A stretch of DNA of 64,000 nucleotides from Heteronotia binoei. Lineage: Eukaryota. Location of the stretch: the NCBI RefSeq assembly GCF_032191835.1, contig NC_083233.1, positions 37,820,001 to 37,884,000 on the forward strand, written 5' to 3'. A program made the position numbers and the translations under genes. The notes under the pieces were generated by a model that worked only from the letters and a program-made list of their open reading frames with translations, was not told the origin of the DNA and did no database searches. Positions 10,803-22,735 of this stretch are shown one piece after another; the stretch's first letter is position 1; the number at the start of each line of letters is the position of its first letter.

Positions 10803-11224
10803 CATGGACACATGCATATATGTCTTAAACCTAAAATTAAATATTGGAAGTTCTGGTGTCCTGTGAAGACTTTGTTCTTCTTATGCTCCCAGTCCTTGTA
10901 GTAATTGGCTTGTAGTAAGCCAATTAGACTAATAAATATTGTTTGACTCAAAACATCCCTTCCTATCTTGTTAAGTGCCAAAAAAACCCACCACCAGGCT
11001 TTCCTCCTCCTTTCACCCAACACTTCTACAGCAAGTCCAAGAGCAAACTGCTAGTAGCAGCATAAAGGAAGTAATATCTTCTTCCATCCCCTGCCAATTT
11101 CACTCTTCCAGCTCCCTTCCACCAAGAAAAACATCATTGTGCACTCTTTTTCTCTCTCCCCCACACTGCTAATATAACCATGGAGGTAGTGGTGGGCTCA
11201 GCTCATAATGTTCACAGCTTAACA

Positions 11225-11427
11225 GGTCAGAGTGGTTCCTCAGTGAAACAGACTTCCTCAGGAGGTGGTGGGATGTCCTTCCCTGAAGGTTTTTAAACAG
11301 AGGCTAGATAGCCATCTGATAGCAATGCGGATCCTGTGGATTTAAGGGAAAGTATTTGTGAGTTTCCTGCATTGTGCAGGGGGTTGGACTAGATGACCCT
11401 TCCAACTCTATGATTCTATGATTCTAA
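11225..11427 (+). mobile_element. CR1 LINE 3' end fragment
   Basis: ...GGTTGGACTAGATGACC...CCAACTCTATGATTCTATGATTCTA, the classic CR1 8-bp ATTCTATG terminal repeats. Confidence 0.75.
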
Positions 11428-11944
11428 ATGTTACTAGAGAACTGTAAGGAGGGAAATGGAAAAAGTAAGGCCTGATTTGGCCTCCAGGCTTAAGATGACC
11501 CCATCACTCATTTTGACAAAAGACATAACAAAAAGCCTTCTCTTTGAAATTCAGGATGATTTTGCCATATCCAAGGAAACACAAGGATTGCTTACATCTG
11601 TTAACAAAGTAAAGGGAGTTGCTAGCACTTCATATCATGGCCTAAACATAACCCTGACCTCCAAGATCCAGCCCAATAAAGAGAAATAGAAAACTCAAAA
11701 ACATGCATGCTGTTTTGAGGTATTTTGAATTTTTCTGTGGAATAACACATCTTCCTATGATCTCTTTCTAGCACTGTAAACAAGTATTATTCCCTACCCC
11801 CACCCACCAAAACCTTCCAGTATGATTAGAAAGGTAATTAACAAAACAGTCACTTACTGTGCTTGCAATTTGGTTGCAAGTGGTAGTATTGCAGAATTAC
11901 AGACTAGATGTGGGGAAGTATGTAAACGAAGATGTAATGCAATT

Positions 11945-14900
11945 AATGGCCATTGGTACTTACCGTGAAGGGTCCTTCTCCTCTGAGGTCAGGAGGCCAT
12001 CTCTGTGGGTTATTCTCATCCATCTTTCAGGGAGGCAGGAAATACTTTTTTTCTACTTCCTGTTGGCACCTTCAGTTCTGGGACTCCGAAAGCAGTAACC
12101 ATAATTCAAGTAATATTCTAATTTTGTTAAAGAAAATGTACTAAACAAGATCATTAATGGCCACATAACAGTACCCAGTAAGATACAGGGTAGAAAGGCA
12201 AGAAGAAGAGAATAGCACATAGAAACAGGAATGTCGATGATGATGGGAGGGCCGAGATGGCCTCCTGACCTCAGACGAGAAGGACCCTTCACGGTAAGTA
12301 TCAATGGTCATTCTCCCTCTGAGGTGGAGACCATCTCTGTGGGACCTCCCAGAGCAGTGTCCCTTAGATGGGTGGGTCATCATCATCAGCTGTTATTGCG
12401 GTGTGCTGCAAAACTCTTCTTCCAAATAATTCAGCTTGTAATGACAAACAAAAGTAGAAATGGAAAAACATGCAGTAGCCTTATAAGCTTCTTCTGCAAA
12501 TGATCTATTAAGTAGGGCTGCATTGGAGGATGAACTACGCAAGGAATGTGCCATAATTCCGGTAGGTGTCTTCAGGTTAGAAGCCTTGTAGGCTGCATAT
12601 CACAAGCCTTGAGAACTAAGCTAATGGAAGTCTTAGACATTCGACCTCCAGACCTGGGGGGGTGATATGTTGCTGAAGCAGCTGTCTGTTTTCCTGATGG
12701 ACCCTGCCCTTGAAAGGCAGATATTAAGCACTCTGTGGACATCCAGGATATGCCACTCAAATTCCTTGGAATACTTGGACTGTGAGCAAAATGTGGGAAG
12801 ATAGATCACCTGTGCTCTGTGAAAATTCAAGGAAATTTTAAGCAAAAAAATGTTGGATTAGACCTTATCTGTGTGAAGGATGCAAAGGATAGTGTTAATC
12901 CAGAAGAGTAACCTAGATCCGAGAGTGTTTTGCACTCAATCTCCAGTGGGAAAACGAAGCCAGTCTTGCTGGGGGCACCAGATCAGGCTCTGATTAAGTA
13001 TGTCTGGAGACACTGGAATAAACAGAGGAGGACAGATCTATGTAATCGCCAAGAGCCAAAGATGATGTACCCAATGATGGACCTGCTCCCAAATCCTGCA
13101 AACGGTCTTAGGAATGAGTAGAAGCAGAGGGAAGCAAAGACAAGTCCTGGGGCAGGAAGACATGAGTGTGTCGATTGCCTCCACCTTCATGCAGTAATAC
13201 CCCATGAAAGAAGCGAGGAAGCTGATGATTTGTGCTTGACGCAAACTGGTTTAGGAGAGGACATCCTAGGCATTGGCAAATGAGTTTGAAGATCTTGGGA
13301 TGGAAGGACCATTTCCCTCTGCCAATCCACCCACGTGCTGTCCACACTTCTGATATGCTCCACTCTGTTGGAGATTCCTCTCTTCCCAGGCCAAGATTCT
13401 CAAATCCACTCTGTGGAGCTGAGATGACCAAGAGCCCCTTGCTAGTTCAGATACGCCTTGGTAGCAATGCTGGACTAAGGCTTGCTAATGGGATGGATCC
13501 AACCTGAAGTAATTCAGAGCCAGCCAGACGACCCTGAGTTCTAGAAGTTGATGGAAATACTGTTCTTCGAGAGTCTAGAAGTTGATGGGAAGACTCTGTT
13601 CTTCGAGAGTCCACTGACCCTTTACCAGAATCTTATTCAGGATAGCTCCCCAATGTTGAGGGCTCACAGCTATGAAGACATGGGCGTAGAATACCTTGCC
13701 CTGTCAAAGACTGCTGACCTTCACCTGCCAGAGAAGACTGATCTGATAGATACAGGAACCCAGAGATGAAAAATCTTTTTTCCCATGATGGACAATTGGT
13801 AGGAATGAAGGGAATGCTGCAGTGGTCTGGAATGAAGCCTGGCCTCAAAGATTGCCTGAGCAAGCCCCGAGGCTTGATAGACTTGTTGAGAAACCTGAGA
13901 TCCAAACTGGCCCTCCAATTGGTATTCCTCTCAGAAACTGTGAATAAAATGGAATATACTCCCCAATCCTACTCTGGAAGGGGAATGAGCTGCATAACCC
14001 AAATGTGACAAAATGTTGTATGGCTTGTTCAGTGATTATTCTCTGGATGCAGACCTTGGACACCAGAGACTGAATGAGTTGTTCCAATGGAAGTCTGTGG
14101 ATTTCAAGGTGTAGCCATGAGCAATGACATCTAGGGTCCATGAGTCTTCTTGAGAATACCTCCAGACCAGAAGAAAGGTCGAAAACCTGACTCCCATTGG
14201 AAGGGACATGCAGCCATGACTGTATGGGATTGGACTCACATTGCCTTTTTGGTGGGGAGGGGGGGGGCAGACCAAAACCTAGACAAGGAGTGCTAGGCAC
14301 AAAAGGAGTGATTTCCCCATCTATCGAAACAACAGATGTACTGAGACATGGTCTGTTTCTAGTCATGTGTCTTCACCAGAAATCTACCAAGGAGACTATC
14401 ACTCTGGAATGGATAGGCAGATACCATAGACTTGGGAAGCATGCCTGCAGGCCAAGCACTCAACCTCCTAGCCACAGCAGTGGAAGTCATGGCCTTAAAA
14501 ATGAACATTAAGCTGTCTGTGGCGACCATCAAAGAAAGCAGCCTTCAGCCCCTTGCTAGTGCCTTCAGGGAGGCAGTGGTTGGTCTCAGACAAAACCTGG
14601 ATAACTTTGTGGACCCAGACGATAGTTGCTCTGGATGTGATGGAAGCTGTAGTGGAAGTTCTGACCATCCTCAGGAAGCAGACCAATAGACTGCAATGCT
14701 GCCACGGACCGTCAACTGGGAAGACCTGTAATAACTCATCAGCATAATTAGATAGAGCATAAAGCATTTAAACAAATGTGGAAACTGCCCATATGAGTCA
14801 GGTTTGTCGCATTCCACCGTAAGGTGACATTCAAATATTCAGCCACAATATGAAAGGAAAAACTCATTAGTATCCGTGGCCATCTTTCTACAAGAAGCCT

Positions 14901-15358
14901 TAAGCTCCTATGCATGTGGAAGGTAAGCATGAAACTCAAGGGCTGCTATAGCCTTTGTTAAGAATGCCACCTGAATTTCTTCCTCAGAGGCAGAGGAGAA
15001 AAGTGGTAAGACATAGAGAGGAAACACAGAACATGGAGGAACATTCTCTTGTGAGGAAGAATGCAGCAGATTTGTTAGTCTTCACCAAAATGAGTTAGAA
15101 TATAAGGCAGAACAATGAAGGAATTACAGGAACTATATAAAGGTAGTTATGAGGGAAAATATGTAAGAAAAATTTAGTGTTTAAGAGTTTGATAAAGTCA
15201 AGGCCTAATCTAAGCTGCTCTCCCTGTAGAGGCAAGAAAAGCACTGAAGGGAGGGTCATTCCGAAGGTGCCAACAGGAAGTATTAAAAAGTATTTCCTGC
15301 CTCCCTGAAGGATGGATGGGAATAACCTACAGAGATGGCCTCCACCTCAGAGGGAGAA
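11945..15358 (-). mobile_element. DIRS1-like tyrosine-recombinase retrotransposon, internally deleted and degenerate
   Basis: ITRs at ~11983-12075 and ~15262-15352; ICR at 12255-12340. Minus-strand remnants: RT N-terminus (LPMGVRFSTFLLVWRYSQEDSWTLDVIAHGY; DLRFLNKSIK), RNaseH/MT region (HPKIFKLICQCLGCPLLNQFASSTNHQLPRF) and YR C-terminus (GIMAHSLRSSSSNAALL). Confidence 0.85.
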
Positions 15359-15738
15359 GCATTCGATGAAATTGCTGAGCAGACAGGTTAAAACGGATAA
15401 AAGGAAGTACTTCTTCACCCAAAGGGTGATTAACATGTGGAATTCACTGCCACAGGAGGTGGTGGCAGCCACAAGCATGGCCACCTTCAAGAGGGGGTTA
15501 GATAAAAATATGGAGCAGAGGTCCNNNNNNNNNNNNNNNNNNNNNNNNNNNNNNNNNNNNNNNNNNNNNNNNNNNNNNNNNNNNNNNNNNNNNNNNNNNN
15601 NNNNNNNNNNNNNNNNNNNNNNNNNNNNNNNNNNNNNNNNNNNNNNNNNNNNNNNNNNNNNNNNNNNNNNNNNNNNNNNGAATGTTGGACTGGATGGGCC
15701 ATTGGCCTGATCTAACATGGCTTCTCTTATGTTCTTAT
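15359..15738 (+). mobile_element. 5'-truncated CR1 LINE 3' end containing an N-gap
   Basis: Nearly identical to 36273-36565 (HSMKLLSRQVKTDKRKYFFTQRVINMWNSLPQEVV); ends CTTCTCTTATGTTCTTAT. Confidence 0.9.
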
Positions 15739-15989
15739 TTCTCATTCCTTTGTTCTTGCACAAAAGATTACTGCTGGGTCATGGAAACTGATAGTTACTG
15801 ACAACAATTTTTAGAGGAATATGAATAAAACTAAGAACTCAAATTCATTATTAAAGTTAGTTGAAATACTTCTTTATCAAATAAAATGGATAATAACTGC
15901 AATCACTCAGCAAATAAATGTTCTTCATATGGCCTACTTTGGTTAACATAATGGACCAAATAGGCCATGTTGCACTGAAGATTCCTCCT

Positions 15990-16500
15990 AAAGCAGCAGG
16001 TTTGTAACAACCTATGGCTGGAGACTCAGATCTCCTCTGAGCAGCTGGTGCCTTTTATCAGCTTCGGCAGATACATTAGCTACAGTCATTCTTTAAAATA
16101 CGTGATTTGGCTGCAGTGACCCCCCTGCTCATCACAATCCAGGTCTGACTGCAGTAATGTGCTTTACATGAGGCTGCTTTTGACAACTGTCTAGAAACTT
16201 CAGTTGGTCCAAAATGTGGCAGCCAAGCTTCCATCCAGGTGAGATACAGGAATTGCATCACCCATGTGTTGAAAGATTTGCATCAGCTACCTGTTTCTGA
16301 GCACAATTCGGAATGCTAGTTCTTACCTTGAATGCTTTAAGCATCCTAGGGACATAACATGGACTAGACGGGCCCCTCTTCCTGTACTGTCCAAACTGCC
16401 AGCTGATCCTCCTTACAAGCCAGACGCTCCACACCCTGCCTGCTTTATTTTTTAAGACACCTTAAGAAGATACATTGGAGAGGCAGCACACATGCTAGCC
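15990..16500 (+). mobile_element. Degenerate L2-type LINE ORF2 C-terminal fragment
   Basis: Decayed 'LIT..LDYCN.LYM.L....KLQLVQN.AA' motif; similar remnants at ~17100-17225 and 57100-58030. Confidence 0.6.
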
Positions 16501-16517
16501 TTAGATAGTTCCAGGGC

Positions 16518-16755
16518 CTCTACATGAATATGACAAAGAGCCATGGTTCAGTGATAGAGCATCCACCTGGCATGCAACATGTCCCAGGTTCAGTCTGTGG
16601 TATCTCCAGTTAAAAGATCAGATAGGAGGTGATGTGAAAGATCCCCACCTGAGACCCTGGACAGCTGCCGCCGCCAGTCTAAGTGTCTAAGTAGACAATA
16701 CTGACTGCGATGGACAGATGGTCTGATCCAGTATTGGGCGACTGCATGTGTTCGT
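16518..16755 (+). mobile_element. tRNA-derived SINE (family B, CR1-like tail), diverged
   Basis: Aligns by eye to 41578-41782 and 62413-62626. Confidence 0.65.
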
Positions 16756-19700
16756 GACCATCAGAGACCAAAATAATACCCAAGGAATAGCTACAAAAAT
16801 CCAAGTTGACTTCTACAAAATCATTATCACAACTTTACCATAATGGACTCTACATCTGGACCCAGGCAACCTTATCAAAGTATGATGTGTTATTATCAGA
16901 GCTTTTTTTTTTTTTTTAGCAGAAACTCCTTTGTAGCCTAATTTGCAAAGGCGTTCCAGCTACAACACCCCCCCCCCCCCGGTTGTTATAATAGTTACAT
17001 CAACTTACTGTTTTTGTTGGCTTATTATAAATAACTGCAGTTATTTAATGGGTAAAATACCAGGTAGCCATATGTTCTGAATTTGTAATTTATTAGAATT
17101 TATCTATCAGTTTTAACTATTTTACCAGCAGGATGTTGTTTTGCTCCATAGGAGCACAGGAAGATTTTACAACTGGCCACTGTGGTGCATGGCCTGGTTA
17201 CATCTAGATTAGATTGCCTCACTAAAGGGATATGTTTTGTTAGTGTCACCAAATAGCAAGGCTGTGTAAGGAAGTATGTGGGCTCTTTAGTTGATTTTTT
17301 TTTTACTACAAGGCACAAACTCAGGGTAGCTACAAGACAGGTCTACATACAGCTAAGAAAAATAAGGTGACTGGCTAATTACTTACAATCTTTGAATATC
17401 TTGTTCTGCTGACTACATGGTTCCCTCTAGGGCTCATCTTCAAAATAGATGGCGATAGGGAATAAAACTGGCTGCAGAGCATGGCATGGCAGCAGGAGGG
17501 GGGGCTTTCTGTGCTACTACTGGTGTCTGCCTAGGTCATGAGGGCAGACATGAAGAACCCACAGCAGAACAAACAGCCATTTTTTGCTGTCGAAAGTGGT
17601 GCAGGATGGAAAGATGGCTAGAGCTCCTTCTGCCACCATGCTGTGCTCCAGAGCCAATTTGCTCCCCACCCCCCATCATTTTGAAAGCGAGTCCTAGTCA
17701 GATGTGAAATGAGTCATGAGACCCTGAGTGGAGGAGTTACTGTATGTTTACAGTGTGTTGCCTGTAAAAATGGCAACCTTCCTCATAATGTTATTTTGAG
17801 GGAAACTAGACAAACATAATACACTTTTTACACATGCCAAAAAACTCTGTATCCAAAATACATAATAACGAACGCAAGCAGGCTCACCAGAGACTGTTTC
17901 TTGTCTTAGATCTTTTTTAAAAATCCTGAAATGGGGCTTGTTGCTATGTTTGCAGTTTTACAGTGTTGTCCTACTCTATTTTTGATACTGACAAAGGAGA
18001 TGAAAATCAGACTTCAAGTGTTTTTAAACATTTATATTTTAGATTTCTAGAGTTAGCCTTCACAAAGATTTAACCAAATTTAGGGTGTGTGTGTGTGTGT
18101 TTTTTTTTTTTTTAAAAAAACACTTTCACATGCACGTCTCTAAAACCAAGTGTGCCAGATGTTCACATTCCTTGGAGAGATTATTACTATTTATTTATTC
18201 ATGTATCAGCATTCCTCTCATATCCTGTGGTCTGACAATGGACTACACAATACACTCAACTACACACAAGACTGCAGGGCTATGTGGGTCAAGTCGAGGG
18301 CTGAAAGCTGTGTCAAGGGTTCCAGTACTGGCTCTGCTACTGATGCTTCTGACCATTTTAAAATGCTATTTGTATTTTTCCCATCCTATTCCACTGATTG
18401 AAGGCAAATTACAATATTTTACAGAAATATGGATTTTTTTGTTATTAAAGCCCTAGATAACCCCTGAGAATGAGACACTAATGAAGAAATCTTATTTTAA
18501 CATTTTTAAAGGCATTCCTACTGCAGTTTCCCCATCTGTACACATAATGAATGTTAACATATTGAACAAGTGTGACATTGGTTGTGCATATAAACCTATG
18601 GAATGAGGCTACTCAGATTTTTAAAAAATCTAATTATTGAATTTTGTTTACAACTAGCTAAAGGGACATGAAATCACATGGGCATGAAATCCACATGTGA
18701 AATCACATGAAAACAGATGGGTTATGTATTTACAAAGGAAAAAAGAGGGCTCCAGACATTGTTCTCTTTCCCCTGCTCAGTATCTCTAAAGCAATGACTC
18801 TTCACAAACTACTTTCTGGGTGCTGAGAGAAGGTGAATGAAGGGCAAGAAATGTACCGGCATGCTATCTTCCCTCCAAATTAGCTTTTAGAATTGAGAGG
18901 GGGCGATGAGCCTTTGACACATTCCCTTCTTCCTTTAACCTGTCCTAAGGTTCTCTCTGTTCAACAAGAGGTGAGATGAGAACTGGTCCACAACCAAGCA
19001 AGGTATTTAGAGAACATTCATACTTTACACGCTTTATAATAAACCTCATTTATCTCATGAGCAATTCTTACCTGCTGAATGCCACAAACAGACTACATAA
19101 ATAAACTCTGGTGTTGTCGTAGAGTTAAGTGGCCTTCTCTACACAAGCCCTTCAACCAGTACAAATCCTAAAAGATTTATCCAGTTCTAATGGTGCCCTC
19201 TTATCCATATACAAAACGTTTTATCTAGATGACATATTTCCTGAAAACTTAACGATTGTGCAGTTGGAGTATGAGTTCCTGTACTATCTCCACAGGGATT
19301 ACAGAAGTGTGGCAGCTGCCACAGATAAACAGATCTCCAAGTCCTGTCCTAGACACTGTAAAATAGCTGTTTCCTCCTGGTGATATGAAGGCTGTGGCTT
19401 TTGCTCTGTATTTATTCACAATACTCCACTCCACTCATTTTATAGTAGTTCAATACTGACATTAATAACTTTCAATGCAATTTAACTAATCCATTTAGAC
19501 AGGAAAGGTTGCTACAAATCAGTACTGCCAAAGCGTACTTCTTGCTGATGTTCCATAGTTTTCTGGTACATAAAATAGCACAAGTAATACTTAAAGCTAC
19601 AATAACAGGTGGCTGACTATATTCCATACACATTCAGTTCAATTTTCTCCAACAAATTGATACATATTTCATCATAAGGACGAGTAGTAGAATGACTGCA

Positions 19701-20261
19701 TTTATACACTGCCTTCAGAAAAGAGAAAATGCATTTTCCCACAGCCTTACAAAATTGCTGCACCTAGCAGAATATAGTTAAAAGCAGGTGGCGGAAGCGG
19801 GGAGACAAAGTGACTCTTGTTCTTCCTTGCTTAAACAAATGGATATAGTGATTTCTTCCATCATACAACTGGTGGATTTACAGATTGTTGAGAGGACCAG
19901 AATTGTTCATATGGGAAAACTGCAAGGTAAATATTTATTTTATAAAACTTATAACCACCTTTTAAAATACAACAGAAGGTCAGAAGAGAAGCCATGTTGG
20001 ATCAGGCCAATGGTCCATCCAGTCCAACATTCTGTGTCACATAGTGGTCAAAAGCCATCTGCCATTAGGTGGTCCACCAATGGTGCCAGAACTCCAGAAG
20101 CCCTCCCACTGTTGCCCATTAAGCACCAAGGATGGGGGGGCGTGGCGTCGCACGCATAGGGAATGGACGCCTGAAAACAGAGCTCCTTACTTACCCCTGC
20201 CAAATCCACTTAAGCAAGCGCTCAGCGTTGTTGTTTGTTTTCTTTTTTTTCTTTAATTAGT

Positions 20262-21257
20262 ATGGGAACAGTAGATGGTCAAAAATCCAGATCAAAAAGA
20301 AACCCAAGGAACTCTGTTAAAGACTATTTTCCCAAAAAGCCTAAGGCTAAGGCCTCAGGAAAAGCAAGCAGCCCTGCAAGCAAGATGGCGTCGGGAGAAG
20401 GGGAAAACACAGCAGCAGACCTAGCTTCATTTCGTTCTGAGGTAATGGAGGCTTTTCAAAAACTGGAAAAAAATATGACTGACAAAATATCTGCCATGAT
20501 CCAGCCCCTTTCTGCTCAGTTGGAGGGTTTCAAAACGTCCTTAGAGAAGGTGGCAGAGACTGCAGATTCTGCTTTTAACATGGCATGTGCTGTGCAGGAG
20601 GACACTCAGTATTTTTATAAAAGAGATGAATGGGCCACTGATAAAATTATTGCACTTGAGAACCAACTGAAAATGGGGAATGTTAAAATTCGCGGGCTCC
20701 CCGAGAACTCTGCCTCTCCCTCTGACCTAAAATCTCTTATAGCCTCCTGGCTATCAAAGGCATTGGGTTTTTCTGAATCTGATCTTTGTGGCCTGGAGGC
20801 TGCATATAGAATTGGCCCTTTGCGCACACAGAAAACTTCGTTGCCTAGGGACATTTTAGTCCGTTTCTCTTCTGCCTCAGTTAAATCCAAGCTGTTGCAA
20901 AAAGCCCGGGCTATAAATCCACTTCTGCTAGGAGATTACAACATCCAAATTCTACAGGATTTGTCTTCTGAAACCTTGCAAAGGCGGAAAATTTTGAAGC
21001 CAATTATTGAAATCCTGAACAGGGAAAACATCAGATATCGATGGGTTGCTTCGTACAAGCTGCAAGTTACTGTACAGGATCGGTCGTTTGTCGCTGGAGG
21101 CCTTGACTCAGGCCTAAGCATGCTGAGAGATTTGAATCTTCCTGTTCCCACCGGCCTTATAGAAGCAGTTTCACATGTTCACTCAATAACTTCAGACACT
21201 AGATGGCGTCGTGTGCCTATGAACCGTCCTGATCGGCCTGTTTCTCCTAGAAGCTAA
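20262..21257 (+). CDS. L1 ORF1p RNA-binding protein (331 aa; coiled coil, RRM, CTD)
   Basis: First ATG at 20262; motifs NVKIRGLPE, AAYRIG...PRDILVRF, IQILQDLSSETLQRRK, IRYRW are typical of L1 ORF1. Confidence 0.88.
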   Translation: MGTVDGQKSRSKRNPRNSVKDYFPKKPKAKASGKASSPASKMASGEGENTAADLASFRSEVMEAFQKLEKNMTDKISAMIQPLSAQLEGFKTSLEKVAETADSAFNMACAVQEDTQYFYKRDEWATDKIIALENQLKMGNVKIRGLPENSASPSDLKSLIASWLSKALGFSESDLCGLEAAYRIGPLRTQKTSLPRDILVRFSSASVKSKLLQKARAINPLLLGDYNIQILQDLSSETLQRRKILKPIIEILNRENIRYRWVASYKLQVTVQDRSFVAGGLDSGLSMLRDLNLPVPTGLIEAVSHVHSITSDTRWRRVPMNRPDRPVSPRS

Positions 21258-22735
21258 ACACTGGAACTGTTGCTATGCAGAAATCTTCCCTTTTTTTGTG
21301 TGAATTCTTGACGTCCCCCCCCCCTTTTTTTTTTTTTTCCTGACATATAAGCTTTGCCTACTGAACTGCTGACTTATAAGCTTTGCCTACGTGTAACTCT
21401 GTCACGGCTTAGAAATATGCTGATGATTGTTTCGTGCCTATGAAGCAATGTTTATATACGAAATTGGGGGGTCCCCCCCCCTTTTTTTTTTTTTGGTTAT
21501 TTATATCTTTTGAACACAATGTTATGAATGTGAGGGAGTTATTAATTCAATTCAACTCATTAAAGGAAATCTTCTTGGTTGATTGGGTATGCATGATTGG
21601 AAGAATGGGGTGACTTGGAATATATGGTTTGAGTAGGAGCTGGAATGGGGAGGCTGGGTGTTGAGTGAGGGAGTGGGAGAGAGGGAGGGAGAGAGAGTGA
21701 GTGAGGGGGGGTAGATCAGAGTGAGAAACTTGAATAGTATGATTAGGCTTTTATATCAATATATTTCTTTCTACTATGAGTTAATGAATTGTCAGGACCT
21801 TTTCCCTTCCTGTGTGAATTGTTGAATGGAAATGAATCTGTGAGACAGAGGGTGAGTAGGGAATGTATGTGTGTGTCAGTTTGTGCCTTATGCTACTATG
21901 AAGGTTTGGAAACTTGTTTCCCTCACCATCATATCTCCCTACATAGGCTTATAAGTGGCTGAAGGATAGTTGGTGGGGAGTGTTTGGGGAGACCAGTATT
22001 TAATAGCGTTCATAGTTCTGTTTAAAGTTTCATTGTATTTTTATCATAGTGTCTTAAGTCTTACAATAACTTTGTGATCGAGATCTGATGCTGTTACACA
22101 TGGTATATTAGTTTGCCTGTAATTATCTTTAATTCACTAACCTGAGTTGGTAAAAGGCACAGGTTTTATTATATGTGGCTTTCTAGGCATTTTAGCCTTG
22201 ACTCGATCAGCTTTGTTTGGCCTTTCATTATAAACTTTCTATACATTCGGCTCTGTTATTCTGTTTATAAATTTTATTTTTGCTGGGTTGATAGTGTTAA
22301 ATATAAGCATTTTTGGCAGAGAGGGAGAATGGAGAACTTCAGTTTTTTTTAATTAGCTCCATTTGGTAGTTGTTGCTAGTTGTGTGGTGTCTTCAGTAAC
22401 GAAGACTTCCGCTTCAAATTTATCCTTTTAAGTAAATAGTTGTTGTTTTCCCAAGTTTGGGTTAACAGAGTTGGAGGGTGAGTTAGTGGCTAGTGTCTGT
22501 TAATGCTAGACCACTGGTGTTGGTTATGGTTTTTTGTTTGTGTTACGGGCAGCATAACTGTATTGAATTATTATGGATTTAGTTGGAAGTTTTTTAAAGC
22601 CTTTGATCTGAAATCTGTCCTCATACCTTTGAAATTTGATCTACAGGATTCGCCTCTAGCTATCCTGGTGGCACCTGGGTTCAAAGCTATGAATTGCAAT
22701 AATTTTGATAACCTTGGTTATTTCCTCTTTCAATT

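Noticed and set aside
18085-18456. 123-aa ORF with a hydrophobic stretch
   Set aside because: Starts in a (GT)n/(T)n tract with a non-ATG codon; no splice or homology support.
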